Assembly: GCA_963783575.1 (NCBI GenBank)
Contig: CAWAOD010000016.1
Location: 192,001-256,000 of the forward strand
Source of the DNA: an uncultured Spirochaetota bacterium
GTDB taxonomy: Bacteria > Spirochaetota > Brevinematia > Brevinematales > JAOACQ01
Length of the DNA stretch: 64,000 nucleotides
Direction: 5' to 3'
Part shown: piece after piece, positions 31,215-42,357 of the stretch
Numbering within the stretch: the stretch's first letter is position 1
Layout: the number at the start of each line of letters is the position of its first letter
Made by a program: the position numbers and the translations under genes
The notes under the pieces: model-generated
What the model saw: the letters and a program-made list of their open reading frames with translations, nothing else
Told to the model about the DNA's origin: nothing
Database searches by the model: none

Positions 31215-33993
31215 TCATGAAATCTTTTCTTCAACTTTTATTGGAATACCAATTCTTGCTCTAATTTCTTCATAAATTGGAAGGTCAATGTTAAAAAGGC
31301 TATTAACTTTTTCTACTGCTTCTAATGTTACAGCTAGACCATAATAAACATCTTCATCTAATGTTTTTGCGTCTTCTCTGCATACAACTGAAATCTTCAT
31401 AAATTTACCATCATGATAAGATACTACTTTTGAACCCTCAAAAACTTCATGTTGAACGGTGCCATTTTTTACCTGTTGCCAATCCGCATTTATTCTTTCA
31501 ACCCCTATGTCATCCATAGGTGGTTCAATTGATAAATTAGCTTTTCTATACTTTCTATTTGCAGGATTAATAGGGCTAAACCATGCTAACGTAATAATCA
31601 ATCGTTTTATTTCATTTATACCACTTAAACATGGGGGCAAAGGAAACTGAAAGTCATTCTTTTCATCTTTTTTTATTTTCCCAAAACCTATTGCGGTTGC
31701 TCTCTGTGAAGCACATTCAAGAACGCGTTGAATGTTTGGTATGCCAAAACCCATATATCGTGCAAAATTTCTCTTAAATTGTTTTTTATTTTGATTTGTA
31801 CTGAATATTTTTTTTAGAATGCTATAACCTTCACCCCATGATGCACTATGAACCAATAAGGCTTTTAAAATAACAGCGACATTGCTTTCATCAATTGAAA
31901 TATTATTTTCTAATATTAATGGGCTTAGCATTTCATAAATTTGAGATGCAGTCCGTGTAGCAAGCGCCGCGGAATTACTTGTTCCTCTGATATAAAAGCA
32001 TCGGTTCAATTCTCCTCCACTTGTAGGTGATGTAGCTACGCATTGGCCGGGAGCTAATCCTGAATTTGAAATTTTATAAATCTTATTTATTTCATCAAAT
32101 AATTGTCTTCCACCAGATATATATAATTCCGGTTTTATGGAATTCTTATAACCCAATCCATGTGCAGAAATTGGCGATGGTAAATCCTGGTTTGGTAAAA
32201 TATCAATTCTGTTGCCAATATTAGTTGCATTTGATTTATCAGCATGAATAGAGCCTACTGTTATTGAATTTATAGAATCCGCTGGAGATAGTATTTTCCT
32301 GTTTCGTTTATCAAAATCAATTTTTTCCATTGTAAGTCTTAAAATAGTATCATTTGGCAGAGATTTTATTTCGTTTAAGCTTTTTTGAAGGTCAATATCG
32401 GCATCAATATTACCTGCACTAACACAAAAAAGAACCTTATATTTGTTTGAAAGCCAGTCTAATAGTTTCCCACATGAACTCAAATTATTAAAAAACATCT
32501 TTGACTTATCTGCTATTGAAATGTTGATTATTTTTATTGATGGAGCTGCTGCTGCTTCATTTGGACCACCTTCAAATATCCTACGAACAGAACGTAGAAT
32601 CAAGTCTTCCATAAAATAATCTTTGGGGATATTTTCAAGAGGTGGATTGCTAATAAAGTCTTCTGTATCAGGTTTCATAATTGGTCTAAAATAAATTGGC
32701 CTGTTAAGAGGTTCTTCATGAGCGTCCAATTCTCCATGGCATATCAGTGAAGCCATCGCAGTACCATGCTTTCTTGCGTTTGCCGGATAGTTATTTTCAT
32801 CTATAAAACCATCAGGATCATCTAGATTTATTCTATTTTTCAAAAGATTATGCTGCACAAAGGGAACGCCATCGAGCACAGCAACAATAGGCTCTCCAGT
32901 GGTGTTTCCAGATTTGAAATCACCTTCCATGCTTTCTGAAGGTATAAACACTTTACATTGTCCTACTGGAGGACGGAATGATCTTATACCATCGCAAGTA
33001 AAAATTTTTGAATAATCTGAATTAAGTACTTTCTCAATACTATGTATTGGTAATTCAACTTTAATCGCATGAAACCCTATTTCATTGATAGTACAAGATG
33101 ATAATATCTTTCCTTCCTCATGAATAACAAAATTCATAATACTTTTTTCTGTTATATTTCTTTGTTGTTCATTATTTCTATACCAAAGATCAATTTCAAA
33201 AAATATTTTTGATGCGGTTCCCTTTTATTTCTAATTCTTCTTTCCAAAGATCGTCAATATGGTAATCTCTTAATCGGTCTTGTACATCCCATCTTCTGAT
33301 TGTTTTTATTTGTTTGAAAATTTGAACCCATTTCCCATATCCCGGTAATTTTTTACCTCCAGAATCCCATTGTTTCCATATACCAAATAAGTCTTCTAAA
33401 GTCTGTCTGTTGCTCATACTGAGGAATAGACGTCCGCTTATAGCTTGTTTCCTGCTTGAAATAGATTCTTCTTTAATAATATTTATTATTTCTTCATTGT
33501 AATTAGAAAATTCGGGTGGGATTAATTTTTTAAAAGTATAAATATCTTTATTCGCTAAATAACCATTATTGTCAATATAAGCATTATCCAGAAGCAGATT
33601 CTAAATCAGTGAAGATTGTTTTCTGTTTATGGATTCTATCTTTGTACAAAAACTCAATTTCCCAATTTTACAATTCTGATAAAAATAATCATCAGCTTCA
33701 ATAGTTTCTTCATCAATCTCAGCAAGCCATTCAAGGCCTGGAATAGCATGTACTGCTATTTGAAAATCTTCAATCTGGCCAATAGTCTCTATTACCAACA
33801 CATATTCAGGTTCAAGACCATCAGCCGTATCACTAATGAAAGCATCTAACATGGATTCAAATTGCGGGGTAAGCCTGTCTTTTTGGTTTTGAAAAGTTGG
33901 GAAATGATATATAACTTCTCTTGGAAGTGCTTTTTTCTTTTCTCGAGATGTTGGAGTTGGTACAGGAAATATTAAAAGAGGTCTACCGGCCAT
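31215..33993 (-). pseudogene. S8 subtilisin-like protease (IetS-like) with in-frame TAG (33601-33603) and a +1 frameshift near 33220
   Basis: triad VAVLDG / HGTAMAS / GTSNSA; fragments 33601-33993 and 33196-33417 are in one frame through the TAG. Confidence 0.85.
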
Positions 33994-33996
33994 TTA

Positions 33997-34974
33997 TTAT
34001 TCCTCAATATTGTTACCCACAATAAATTTATTTTCCCATTGTTTCAGTTTTTCAATAATTAATGACTTTGTATTTTCATGCTTATGTTCTAAAATTGTTT
34101 TTCTTAAAATATCTGTAAAAAAATCTTCAATTTCCGAATAACTTTTACCATTTAATTTTTCAATAAGCTTTTCCATAACATAATTAATGCTAATCCCTGT
34201 CTTTTTTATAAACATCTCTATAAATTTTTGAATTTGTATCTTATTTGGTCCTTCAAGATTTAATCTTATTTGGAACCGTCGCCATACCGCACGATCAAGA
34301 AGTTCCGGATGATTACTTGCCGCGATAACAACAACATAACTTGGAAGCCTGTCCATTTGAAGAAGTAATGAACTTACAACACGCTTAATTTCACCGGTTT
34401 CTTTTGTATCGCCTCTTTCCTTACCAATCGTATCAAATTCATCAAGAAAGAGAACACATGTTCTTGTTTTTATATAATCGAACATATTACTAAGCCGTGT
34501 TGCTGTTTCCCCTAAGTAACTGCCAATTAAGTTTTCATAGCGAATAACAAATAAAGGATACATTAATTGTGTTGCAATAGCCTCTGCAAGGCTTGTCTTA
34601 CCATTGCCTGGAGAACCTGTTAATAAAACTCTGTTTCTGGGTTCAAGACCATAAGAATGAAGTAAATCGGCTCTATGCTGTTCTTCTATCAAGTCTTTAC
34701 AAATTATTAAGGATTGATCCTCAATTATTAAATCATCAAATTGTTTTTGAGGGGTAATTTCAAAAACCAAATCTTTTGATTGTCCATTGGGACGAATAAT
34801 CGCATTATTCTTATTGACATTTTCATTTAAAATTGCAGCCAATCTGTCAGCAAGAATATCATGTTTTTTAGCCCTTTCTTCAGCAATTAGACTTTCAACG
34901 GATTTACGAAAAGAAATCATATCATTTCGATTTGCTGACTGTACCAAACTCAGTAAAATATCTGCCCTAGCCAT
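33997..34974 (-). CDS. AAA+ ATPase (IetA-like), partner of S8 protease
   Basis: GSPGNGKT Walker A, LFLDEFD Walker B, SYLGET, GEIKRVV, LDRAVWRRF. Confidence 0.9.
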   Translation of the reverse strand: MARADILLSLVQSANRNDMISFRKSVESLIAEERAKKHDILADRLAAILNENVNKNNAIIRPNGQSKDLVFEITPQKQFDDLIIEDQSLIICKDLIEEQHRADLLHSYGLEPRNRVLLTGSPGNGKTSLAEAIATQLMYPLFVIRYENLIGSYLGETATRLSNMFDYIKTRTCVLFLDEFDTIGKERGDTKETGEIKRVVSSLLLQMDRLPSYVVVIAASNHPELLDRAVWRRFQIRLNLEGPNKIQIQKFIEMFIKKTGISINYVMEKLIEKLNGKSYSEIEDFFTDILRKTILEHKHENTKSLIIEKLKQWENKFIVGNNIEE

Positions 34975-35244
34975 TATAATTCCACCTAGACTCTTATATT
35001 TTATATAAAATCTATATTATTAGATTGGTAAGACAATTTGAATTGCTAATAATTTCAATTAGAAATATTTTACTTCTCGTCTGTTAAAAACACAAAAATA
35101 ATGATGATTATGTCTAAAATATTTTAATTCTTTAATTAAAATAATATTTTTTAATAGGGAATTATAATGTTGCTCGCTGTATACTTTGCCATTTTTGATT
35201 AAGTTTTTATGTGTCAAAAAGAACTTGCGAAATGTATTAGCTTC

Positions 35245-35425
35245 TGCCGGTCACTTCGATACGCATCTTTGACTCTTTAACTAGCCCCGGTCGCCGAGTG
35301 ATTTTTGCATCAGCAAAAATTGTATCGAGGCGATCGTCAACACGCGCCCCTCGACTTGTGCTGAGTTTATCGAAGTATACAATCGCTTTCGCGATAACAC
35401 TTCGATAAACTCAGTGCACCGCTCG
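35245..35425. repeat. REP-like palindromic cluster (CTTCGA/CTCAG family)
   Basis: shares 20 nt with 19373-19392; CTGAGTTTATCGAAGT/ACTTCGATAAACTCAG inverted pair. Confidence 0.65.
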
Positions 35426-35448
35426 AGGAGCGAAGAGGGGGTAGGGGG

Positions 35449-36800
35449 CATAAGCGCTAACTTGATTCTTGATATTTTTACAAATCATAGCTATAATATT
35501 TATATGGAGGCGGCTATGATTAATGAAGATTGGAATATTTTAGTTTCAATGTTTCCAATAGGTTGGCGTGAAAAGGCAAAGGAAACGGGTGCATTAAGGG
35601 GATTGCGTAAGTGCAAATCTGAGGAGGACTTGCTCAGAACCCTTTTGATTCATCTGGCTGGCGGGTTTTCTCTAAGAGAAACAGTAGTAGGGGCTCGTGA
35701 AGCCAATTTAGCAGATTTATCTGATGTTGCCTTGCTGAAGCGATTAAGAAAGAGTTCGGATTGGTTGGCGTCATTATGTGAAGGTTTATTTGAGGAGCGA
35801 GGTGTGAAACTGGAAAATAAAGATGGATTTGAAGTTCGCCTTCTTGATGCTACTGTAGTTAAAGAACCTGGAAGGACGGGAAGTTTATGGAAGGTTCATT
35901 ACAGTCTTAGACTACCTACATTCAAGTGTGACTACTTTCGCGTAACTCAAATGAACGGTATAGGGACGGGTGAGTCGTTTAAACAATTTGATTTGAAACC
36001 GGGTGATTATATTATAGGTGATCGAGGTTATGGTCAGGCTCCGGGAATAAAGTTTGCCGTTGAGCAGAAAGCTTCTCTATTGGTCCGCATCAGCCCTCAT
36101 CATGTTGTAGTTAGCGATTCATCCGGTAAGCCATTTAATTGGCTGGATAGATTATCAGAAGTTTCGAAATCGGGACAAGCATGTTCAATGGAATGTTCAT
36201 TTACAATGCCCTGATAAAACCACTGTTTCCGGTAGAGTTTGTGTTATAAGAAAATCTGAACAAGCTATTCTTAAGGCTCACAAACGTATTAAAAAGCATG
36301 CTATAAAAAAGAGTCAGAAGTTAAAACCGGAGACACTAATATATGCGGAGTTTGTGATTGTATTCACAACTTTTGAAGAGTCAAGTTTTCCGCCGGCAGA
36401 AATACTGCGATGGTATAGATTACGATGGCAGGTTGAATTAGTATTTAAACGTTTTAAGCAACTTGCGGAACTTGGGCATTTGCCTAAATATACAGATGAA
36501 AGTTCCAAGGCTTGGCTGTATGGCAAATTGTTTGTGGCCCTGTTAAACGAAAAACTTATCTGGCAAGCCCAGACTTTTTCCCCCTGGGGTTATGATATTA
36601 TTAATCAGGGCAGGGATAGTAAGCCGTTGGCGTGAATTTGCATTTATGCTTCATGAAATGCAGAGAGTAATTATTCCATGCCTTTCGCTTACCGGTATTT
36701 TTATAAATTGGATAAGAATTTCCAGAGGACTTATTAATAAAAAGAGAAGAAGAAAAATGCAAATTGTGGAATATTTTTCCTTAACAAGTTAGCGCTTATG
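35449..36800 (+). mobile_element. IS4 family insertion sequence
   Basis: 16-bp TIR CATAAGCGCTAACTTG / CAAGTTAGCGCTTATG, inserted in a G-run. Confidence 0.88.
35503..36635 (+). pseudogene. IS4 family DDE transposase with +1 frameshift near 36185
   Basis: LLDAT, GDRGY, Y.LRWQVELVFKRFKQ (YREK) motifs across two frames. Confidence 0.85.
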
Positions 36801-36910
36801 GGGCATGCCCCCTTGCTCTGATTCCATTGCCGCTCAGTAATGATTTCCCTTGATTTTATAACTATTGTTTATTAGATTTATTAAGAGAATTTAAATATAA
36901 GGGAAAAAAT

Positions 36911-37888
36911 ATGAATAATATCAATAAATCATGGAAAGAAAATCCGTTCGATATAAAAAAGATAGATTTAAAGAAAATGCTTACGCCTCAGCAATATAAT
37001 GTGGTATGCGAGCACGGAACCGAAAAGCCTTTCGACAACGAATACTGGAACAATAAAAAAGCAGGTATTTATGTGGATATTGTTTCCGGTGAACCTCTTT
37101 TCAGTTCAGCCGATAAATTCGATTCCGGAACCGGATGGCCGAGTTTTACAAGGCCTATTGATAATAAAGCTGTTATTGAAAAGAAAGATAAAGGTTATGG
37201 TATGGTCCGCACCGAAGTATTAAGCAGTACTGCAGGATCGCACCTCGGGCATGTATTCGATGACGGGCCTGAACCGACCGGCCTGAGATATTGCATGAAT
37301 TCGGCGTCGCTCAGGTTTATTTCCGTGGAAAAAATGGAAGAAGAAGGCTACTCCGATTTGCTGTATCTATTTCCTGATAAAAGCAATAACCAGGTGAATA
37401 CTGAGCTGGCAACATTTTCCGCCGGTTGTTTCTGGGGGGTTGAGGCTTATTATAAGAAGGTGAAAGGCGTTATCGGCACAACTGCGGGCTATGCCGGAGG
37501 CACAAAAGAAAATCCAGGTTACGAAGAGGTTTGTACCGGTAAAACCGGCCATGCGGAAACCGTTCATATCGAATATGACCCATCGATTGTGAGTTTTGAG
37601 AGGCTGCTTTATCATTTCTGGAAAATCCACGATCCGACAACATTAAACCGCCAGGGTAATGATGTCGGTACCCAATACAGGTCTGTGATATTTTATCACA
37701 GCCCCGAACAAAAAAAATCAGCCGAAGAATCCAGATCGGCGCTCGAAAAATCAGGAAAATTCAAGAAGAAGATAGTTACTGAAATAATCCCTTTCGGGAA
37801 ATTCTGGCCCGCCGAGGAATATCATCAGGATTACCTTGATAAAAATCCATGGGGATACTGCCATGTCGATCTTTCAAATGTTGATTGA
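36911..37888 (+). CDS. msrAB: bifunctional peptide methionine sulfoxide reductase MsrB-MsrA
   Basis: [17 protein letters not shown]...RYCMNS; GCFWG, GHAE, AEEYHQ.Y. Confidence 0.95.
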   Translation: MNNINKSWKENPFDIKKIDLKKMLTPQQYNVVCEHGTEKPFDNEYWNNKKAGIYVDIVSGEPLFSSADKFDSGTGWPSFTRPIDNKAVIEKKDKGYGMVRTEVLSSTAGSHLGHVFDDGPEPTGLRYCMNSASLRFISVEKMEEEGYSDLLYLFPDKSNNQVNTELATFSAGCFWGVEAYYKKVKGVIGTTAGYAGGTKENPGYEEVCTGKTGHAETVHIEYDPSIVSFERLLYHFWKIHDPTTLNRQGNDVGTQYRSVIFYHSPEQKKSAEESRSALEKSGKFKKKIVTEIIPFGKFWPAEEYHQDYLDKNPWGYCHVDLSNVD

Positions 37889-37999
37889 TGATTAAATTTG
37901 ATTTTTCTGAAAACTGTTCTATAATTTAGGGTTGAGTTTGAGTATAAATAGACTATTTAATCCGTAAAAACGGAATCATAGATCAGGAGATAATAAGGA

Positions 38000-40900
38000 A
38001 TGCAGAAAAACGTAAAAGATACCGTGTATCGGTCGGTGGGCATATGCCTGGGGGCTTCAACATTTTCCATGGTGGAACTTGAAAATGGGGCGAACGGCCT
38101 TGAAATAAAGAACATCATCGTAAAAGAACACAACGGCGATCCCAAGGGAGTATTTTCCAGATATCTGGACGAATCAAATCTGGATGAAAGATATATTGCC
38201 ATAACCGGAAGAAAATTCAGGGAGATCACAAATATACCTTCGATTATCGAACCGGAGGCAACGGAGATCGCGTACCAGTTTTTGAACAAAGGTGTCAAAC
38301 ATTATGACGCGGTGGTTTCCGCGGGCGGCGAATCCTTCATCGTGTATGAAATAGATAAAAAAGGAAGGATATCGAGGATAAGTTCCGGAAATAAATGCGC
38401 TTCCGGAACAGGCGAATTTTTCTTACAGCAGATCAGGAGAATGAATGTAAGCATTAAGCAGGCAGTTGAGCTGGCAAGAACCTCAAACAATCCTCACCAG
38501 CTTTCAGGCCGCTGTTCCGTTTTCTGCAAATCCGACTGCACCCACGCGCTTAATAAGGGCGAAAGCATCGCCGATGTTACCGCCGGGCTCGCAAGGATGA
38601 TCGCGAAGAAAATCGAGGAACTTCTTGTAAGGATAGGCGCAAAAAGGGTTCTTATCGCGGGTGGAACCGCTCAGAACGACGTTGTGATTGATTTCCTGAG
38701 AGAGAGCTTTGAAGAAGTGACCGTTCCAAAAGAAGCTCCTTACTTTGAGGCTTTGGGTGCGGCTATCTGGGCGATGAATGAAAAGCAGCAGGTTAAGATT
38801 GAAAAAGGAAACTATTTTAAAGATATAAAATCCTCATTTGAATTTTTAAAACCTCTAAATCAATTTCTTGATATGGTGGATTTTAAGGAAATGCCATTTA
38901 AAAAGGCAAACGAAGGCGATGAATGCGTTGTCGGGCTTGATGTCGGTTCAACAACAACAAAAGCCGTTCTTTTCCGGGTTGAAGACGAAAAGATTCTCTG
39001 CGCCAAATATCTAAGGACTAACGGCAATCCGATTGAAGCATCAAGGCAGTGTTATCAATCGCTTTTCGATCAGCTTAACGGCACGAAAGTTAAAATAACG
39101 GGACTCGGGGTCACCGGCAGCGGCAGGTATATAGCCGGGCTTCACGCGGATACCGACGGTATAATCAACGAGATCATCGCCCACGCCAGGGCGGCGGCTC
39201 ATTTTGACGCCGGTGTGGATACAATTTTCGAAATAGGCGGCCAGGACGCTAAATATACATACCTCACCAATTCCGTGGCTTCCGACTACGCGATGAACGA
39301 GGCCTGCTCGGCAGGTACGGGAAGCTTTCTGGAAGAGTCGGCCTACGAAACGCTTGGTGTAAAAATGGAAGAAATTGCCGATATAGCTCTTTTAGCTAAA
39401 AAGCCGCCGAATTTTTCCGATCAATGCGCGGCTTTCATATCATCCGATATAAATACCGCTTTCCAGGAAGGAATCAGCAGGGAAAATATCATAGCCGGGC
39501 TTGTTTACTCAATCTGCATCAATTATGTCAACCGCGTCAAGGGTTCGCGGCAGGTCGGAAATAAGATATTTATGCAGGGCGGCGTTTGTTATAATAAAGC
39601 CGTTCCCGCGGCTATGGCTGCCCTTACAGGGAAAAAGATCATTGTACCGCCCGAACCCGGGCTTATGGGCGCATACGGAGTGGCTCTTGAAATAAAAAAC
39701 ATGATTTCAGTCGGCCTTCTTGATAAAAAAGAATTCGATTTAAAAATGCTAGCCGACAGGCAGGTTTCATACGGTAAACCGTTCATCTGCCAGGGCAGAG
39801 CCGAAAATTGCGACCGCCGCTGTGAAATAAGCATGATCCATATCGGGGATAAAAAATTCCCGTTCGGAGGAGCCTGCAATAAGTATTACAACCAGCTCCA
39901 CCGTTTGAATTATAATGTCGCGGATTTCAACCATGTAATAAAAAGACGGGAACTTCTTTTTGAGTCTTTCGCCATACCGAACCCTGAAATAAAAAAAGAT
40001 GCCCCGGTTGTGGGTTTAAACCGTTCATTTCAGGTCAATACGCTCTATCCGATGTTCTTTAACTTTTTCAATGAACTGGGCTGCAAAGTAATTATGCCGG
40101 ACAAAGTACACCAGACTGGGATCGATAAAGCAATGTCCAGCTTCTGTTTATCAGCGCAGGTCGCGCTTGGAATGTTTGAGGATTTGCTTGATAAAAAGCC
40201 GGATTACATATTTATGCCGCAGATAATGGAAATGCATGTCTCGGAGCAGAAGGATTACCGCAAGGAATACCAGACAGTCTGTATGTTTGTTCAGGGAGAG
40301 GCTTTTTACCAGAGCGCCACATTTTTAAGGGGTAAAAAAGACGGCCCGAAAATGATAACCCCGGCGCTTAATTTTATGTGCGGCTTCGACGCCGAAGAGG
40401 AAAAATTTATAGAGACCGCTTTGTTGATGGGCTTTACCCGTGAACAGGGAAAAAGGGCGCATAGCATAGCTTACAATAAGCAGATGGAATTCTTCGGCGC
40501 TATGAAAGCAGAAGGAAGAAGGATACTTTCAGAACTTGAGAAAAATCCTGAAAAGATCGCAGTTGTGCTCTTCGGCCATTCCTATAACGCGTTTGCCGAG
40601 GAAACGAACAAAGGAGTACCTTTCAAATTCGCATCCCGTGGAATAGAAATGATTCCTTACGATTTCCTGATGTACGAGGAAGAGGACAATTTCAGGAACA
40701 CTTATTGGGAAATGGGACAGAGAATAATAAAAGCGGCGCAGATTGTAAAGCGCCATAATCAGCTTTTCGGCTGCTACCTCACCAATTTCCTCTGCGCGAT
40801 AGATTCCATGATGGTTCCGCATTTCCGTGACCTGATGAAGACAAAGCCATCGCTGACTGTGGAAGTTGATACGCATACGGCGGACGCAGGAGTAAACACC

Positions 40901-42337
40901 AGGATTGAAGCCTTTATGGATGTTGTTAAAAATTATCTTAAAGTGAAGGACAAAATTCACGATCCTGTTCAGAATTTTATACCGGCAAGGACCGAGATAG
41001 ACTCGATGGGAAATATACTTTTTATCGGTTCGGATGGAAATAAATTCTCTTATAAAGATAAAAAAGTCAAGGCGGTATTCCCTTCGATGGGCGATCTGTT
41101 CTCAAGATTCGGAGCGGCGGCGCTTGAAAAGCTGGGCTGGAATGCGGAAGCCCTTCCGGTTTGCGACCGCGAGGCTCTTGACCTCGGCCGCTCGGTTACC
41201 ACAAGCAAGGAATGCCTTCCGATTATCAATATGATCGGCGAGCTTTTAAAATACCTCAAATACCGCAAAAACCCGGATGAAAAGCTGGTTCTTTTTATGG
41301 TCGCGGCCGGAGGATGCTGCCGTGTCGGGCAATACGAAATACTGCTGAATTCACTCATAGAAAAGCTGAAGCTCAAGGATGTTGCCCTCCTTACACTGTC
41401 AAACGACAACGGTTACGCGGGCCTTGGAATTCCATTCCGTTTGAACGCCGCGAAAGCAATGTATGTGACCGACGCTCTGGATGATGTCCGTTCAGTGATT
41501 AAGGCTATGGCTGTTGATAAAAAGAGCGGCATGGAAATTTTCAACAATGAAACAAATAAAATTATCGATACTTTCAACGGCAGGAATAAATTATCATTCT
41601 ATAAGCAGCTCAAGCTTTCCGTGAAGAATCTTTCAAAGATCAAGCTTATCCGGCCGGTAGAAGAAGCGAAATACGTGGGAGTTGTCGGAGAGATTTTTGT
41701 TAGAAGAGATCATTTCTCACTGATGGGAATCCCTGAAATCCTTGCCGAGAATGGTTTTGTAATGCTCGACGCGCCTGTATCGGAATGGGTAAGGTATACT
41801 GATTTTCTAAGGGATATTAAGATGTTTGAACTTAAAACAAACTTTATCGGTAACATAGAAGCCCTTATTTCAGATTTTGTTCAGAATTATCATGAAAAAA
41901 GAGTTAAAAAGCTGATGACTAAAACAGGACTTTTTGAGCCTGAAAAAATTGAGATACGGAAATATATGTCACACTCAACCCATTTCTTCCCGCTGACTTT
42001 GACGGGAGAGCCGGGATTATCTTCCGGTTCCGCACTGTATCATCTTGTGGATAAATATTGCGGAGTGATCAATGTTGGACCGTTCGGATGCATGAATTCA
42101 AGAATGACGGAAGCTGTTGCCACACCGGAAATGACTGTTGAAGGAAAGGAAAAGGCTGTCCGCAATGCAGGCGGGAAAACAGATATTTCTTATTTAAAAG
42201 AAAATAATGATATCCTGCCATTCCTCAGTGTTGAACTTGATGGGAATCCTTTTTCACAGATTATTCAGGCAAGACTTGAGACTTTTATGCTTCAAGCCGA
42301 TAGATTATATGAGGATATTCATAAAAACAATAACTAA
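38000..42337 (+). CDS. CoA-substrate-specific enzyme activase (two BadF/BadG/BcrA/BcrD ATPase domains + DUF2229-like)
   Basis: CASGTG, CSVF, GLDVGSTTTK, EIGGQDAK, MNEACSAGTGSF, PFGCM. Confidence 0.85.
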   Translation: MQKNVKDTVYRSVGICLGASTFSMVELENGANGLEIKNIIVKEHNGDPKGVFSRYLDESNLDERYIAITGRKFREITNIPSIIEPEATEIAYQFLNKGVKHYDAVVSAGGESFIVYEIDKKGRISRISSGNKCASGTGEFFLQQIRRMNVSIKQAVELARTSNNPHQLSGRCSVFCKSDCTHALNKGESIADVTAGLARMIAKKIEELLVRIGAKRVLIAGGTAQNDVVIDFLRESFEEVTVPKEAPYFEALGAAIWAMNEKQQVKIEKGNYFKDIKSSFEFLKPLNQFLDMVDFKEMPFKKANEGDECVVGLDVGSTTTKAVLFRVEDEKILCAKYLRTNGNPIEASRQCYQSLFDQLNGTKVKITGLGVTGSGRYIAGLHADTDGIINEIIAHARAAAHFDAGVDTIFEIGGQDAKYTYLTNSVASDYAMNEACSAGTGSFLEESAYETLGVKMEEIADIALLAKKPPNFSDQCAAFISSDINTAFQEGISRENIIAGLVYSICINYVNRVKGSRQVGNKIFMQGGVCYNKAVPAAMAALTGKKIIVPPEPGLMGAYGVALEIKNMISVGLLDKKEFDLKMLADRQVSYGKPFICQGRAENCDRRCEISMIHIGDKKFPFGGACNKYYNQLHRLNYNVADFNHVIKRRELLFESFAIPNPEIKKDAPVVGLNRSFQVNTLYPMFFNFFNELGCKVIMPDKVHQTGIDKAMSSFCLSAQVALGMFEDLLDKKPDYIFMPQIMEMHVSEQKDYRKEYQTVCMFVQGEAFYQSATFLRGKKDGPKMITPALNFMCGFDAEEEKFIETALLMGFTREQGKRAHSIAYNKQMEFFGAMKAEGRRILSELEKNPEKIAVVLFGHSYNAFAEETNKGVPFKFASRGIEMIPYDFLMYEEEDNFRNTYWEMGQRIIKAAQIVKRHNQLFGCYLTNFLCAIDSMMVPHFRDLMKTKPSLTVEVDTHTADAGVNTRIEAFMDVVKNYLKVKDKIHDPVQNFIPARTEIDSMGNILFIGSDGNKFSYKDKKVKAVFPSMGDLFSRFGAAALEKLGWNAEALPVCDREALDLGRSVTTSKECLPIINMIGELLKYLKYRKNPDEKLVLFMVAAGGCCRVGQYEILLNSLIEKLKLKDVALLTLSNDNGYAGLGIPFRLNAAKAMYVTDALDDVRSVIKAMAVDKKSGMEIFNNETNKIIDTFNGRNKLSFYKQLKLSVKNLSKIKLIRPVEEAKYVGVVGEIFVRRDHFSLMGIPEILAENGFVMLDAPVSEWVRYTDFLRDIKMFELKTNFIGNIEALISDFVQNYHEKRVKKLMTKTGLFEPEKIEIRKYMSHSTHFFPLTLTGEPGLSSGSALYHLVDKYCGVINVGPFGCMNSRMTEAVATPEMTVEGKEKAVRNAGGKTDISYLKENNDILPFLSVELDGNPFSQIIQARLETFMLQADRLYEDIHKNNN

Positions 42338-42357
42338 AGATAATGCTGGTTTAAGTT

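Noticed and set aside
33601..33603. TAG read-through or alternative genetic code
   Set aside because: Other genes end normally at TAG (e.g. 6728, 43851), and the same gene also has a frameshift.
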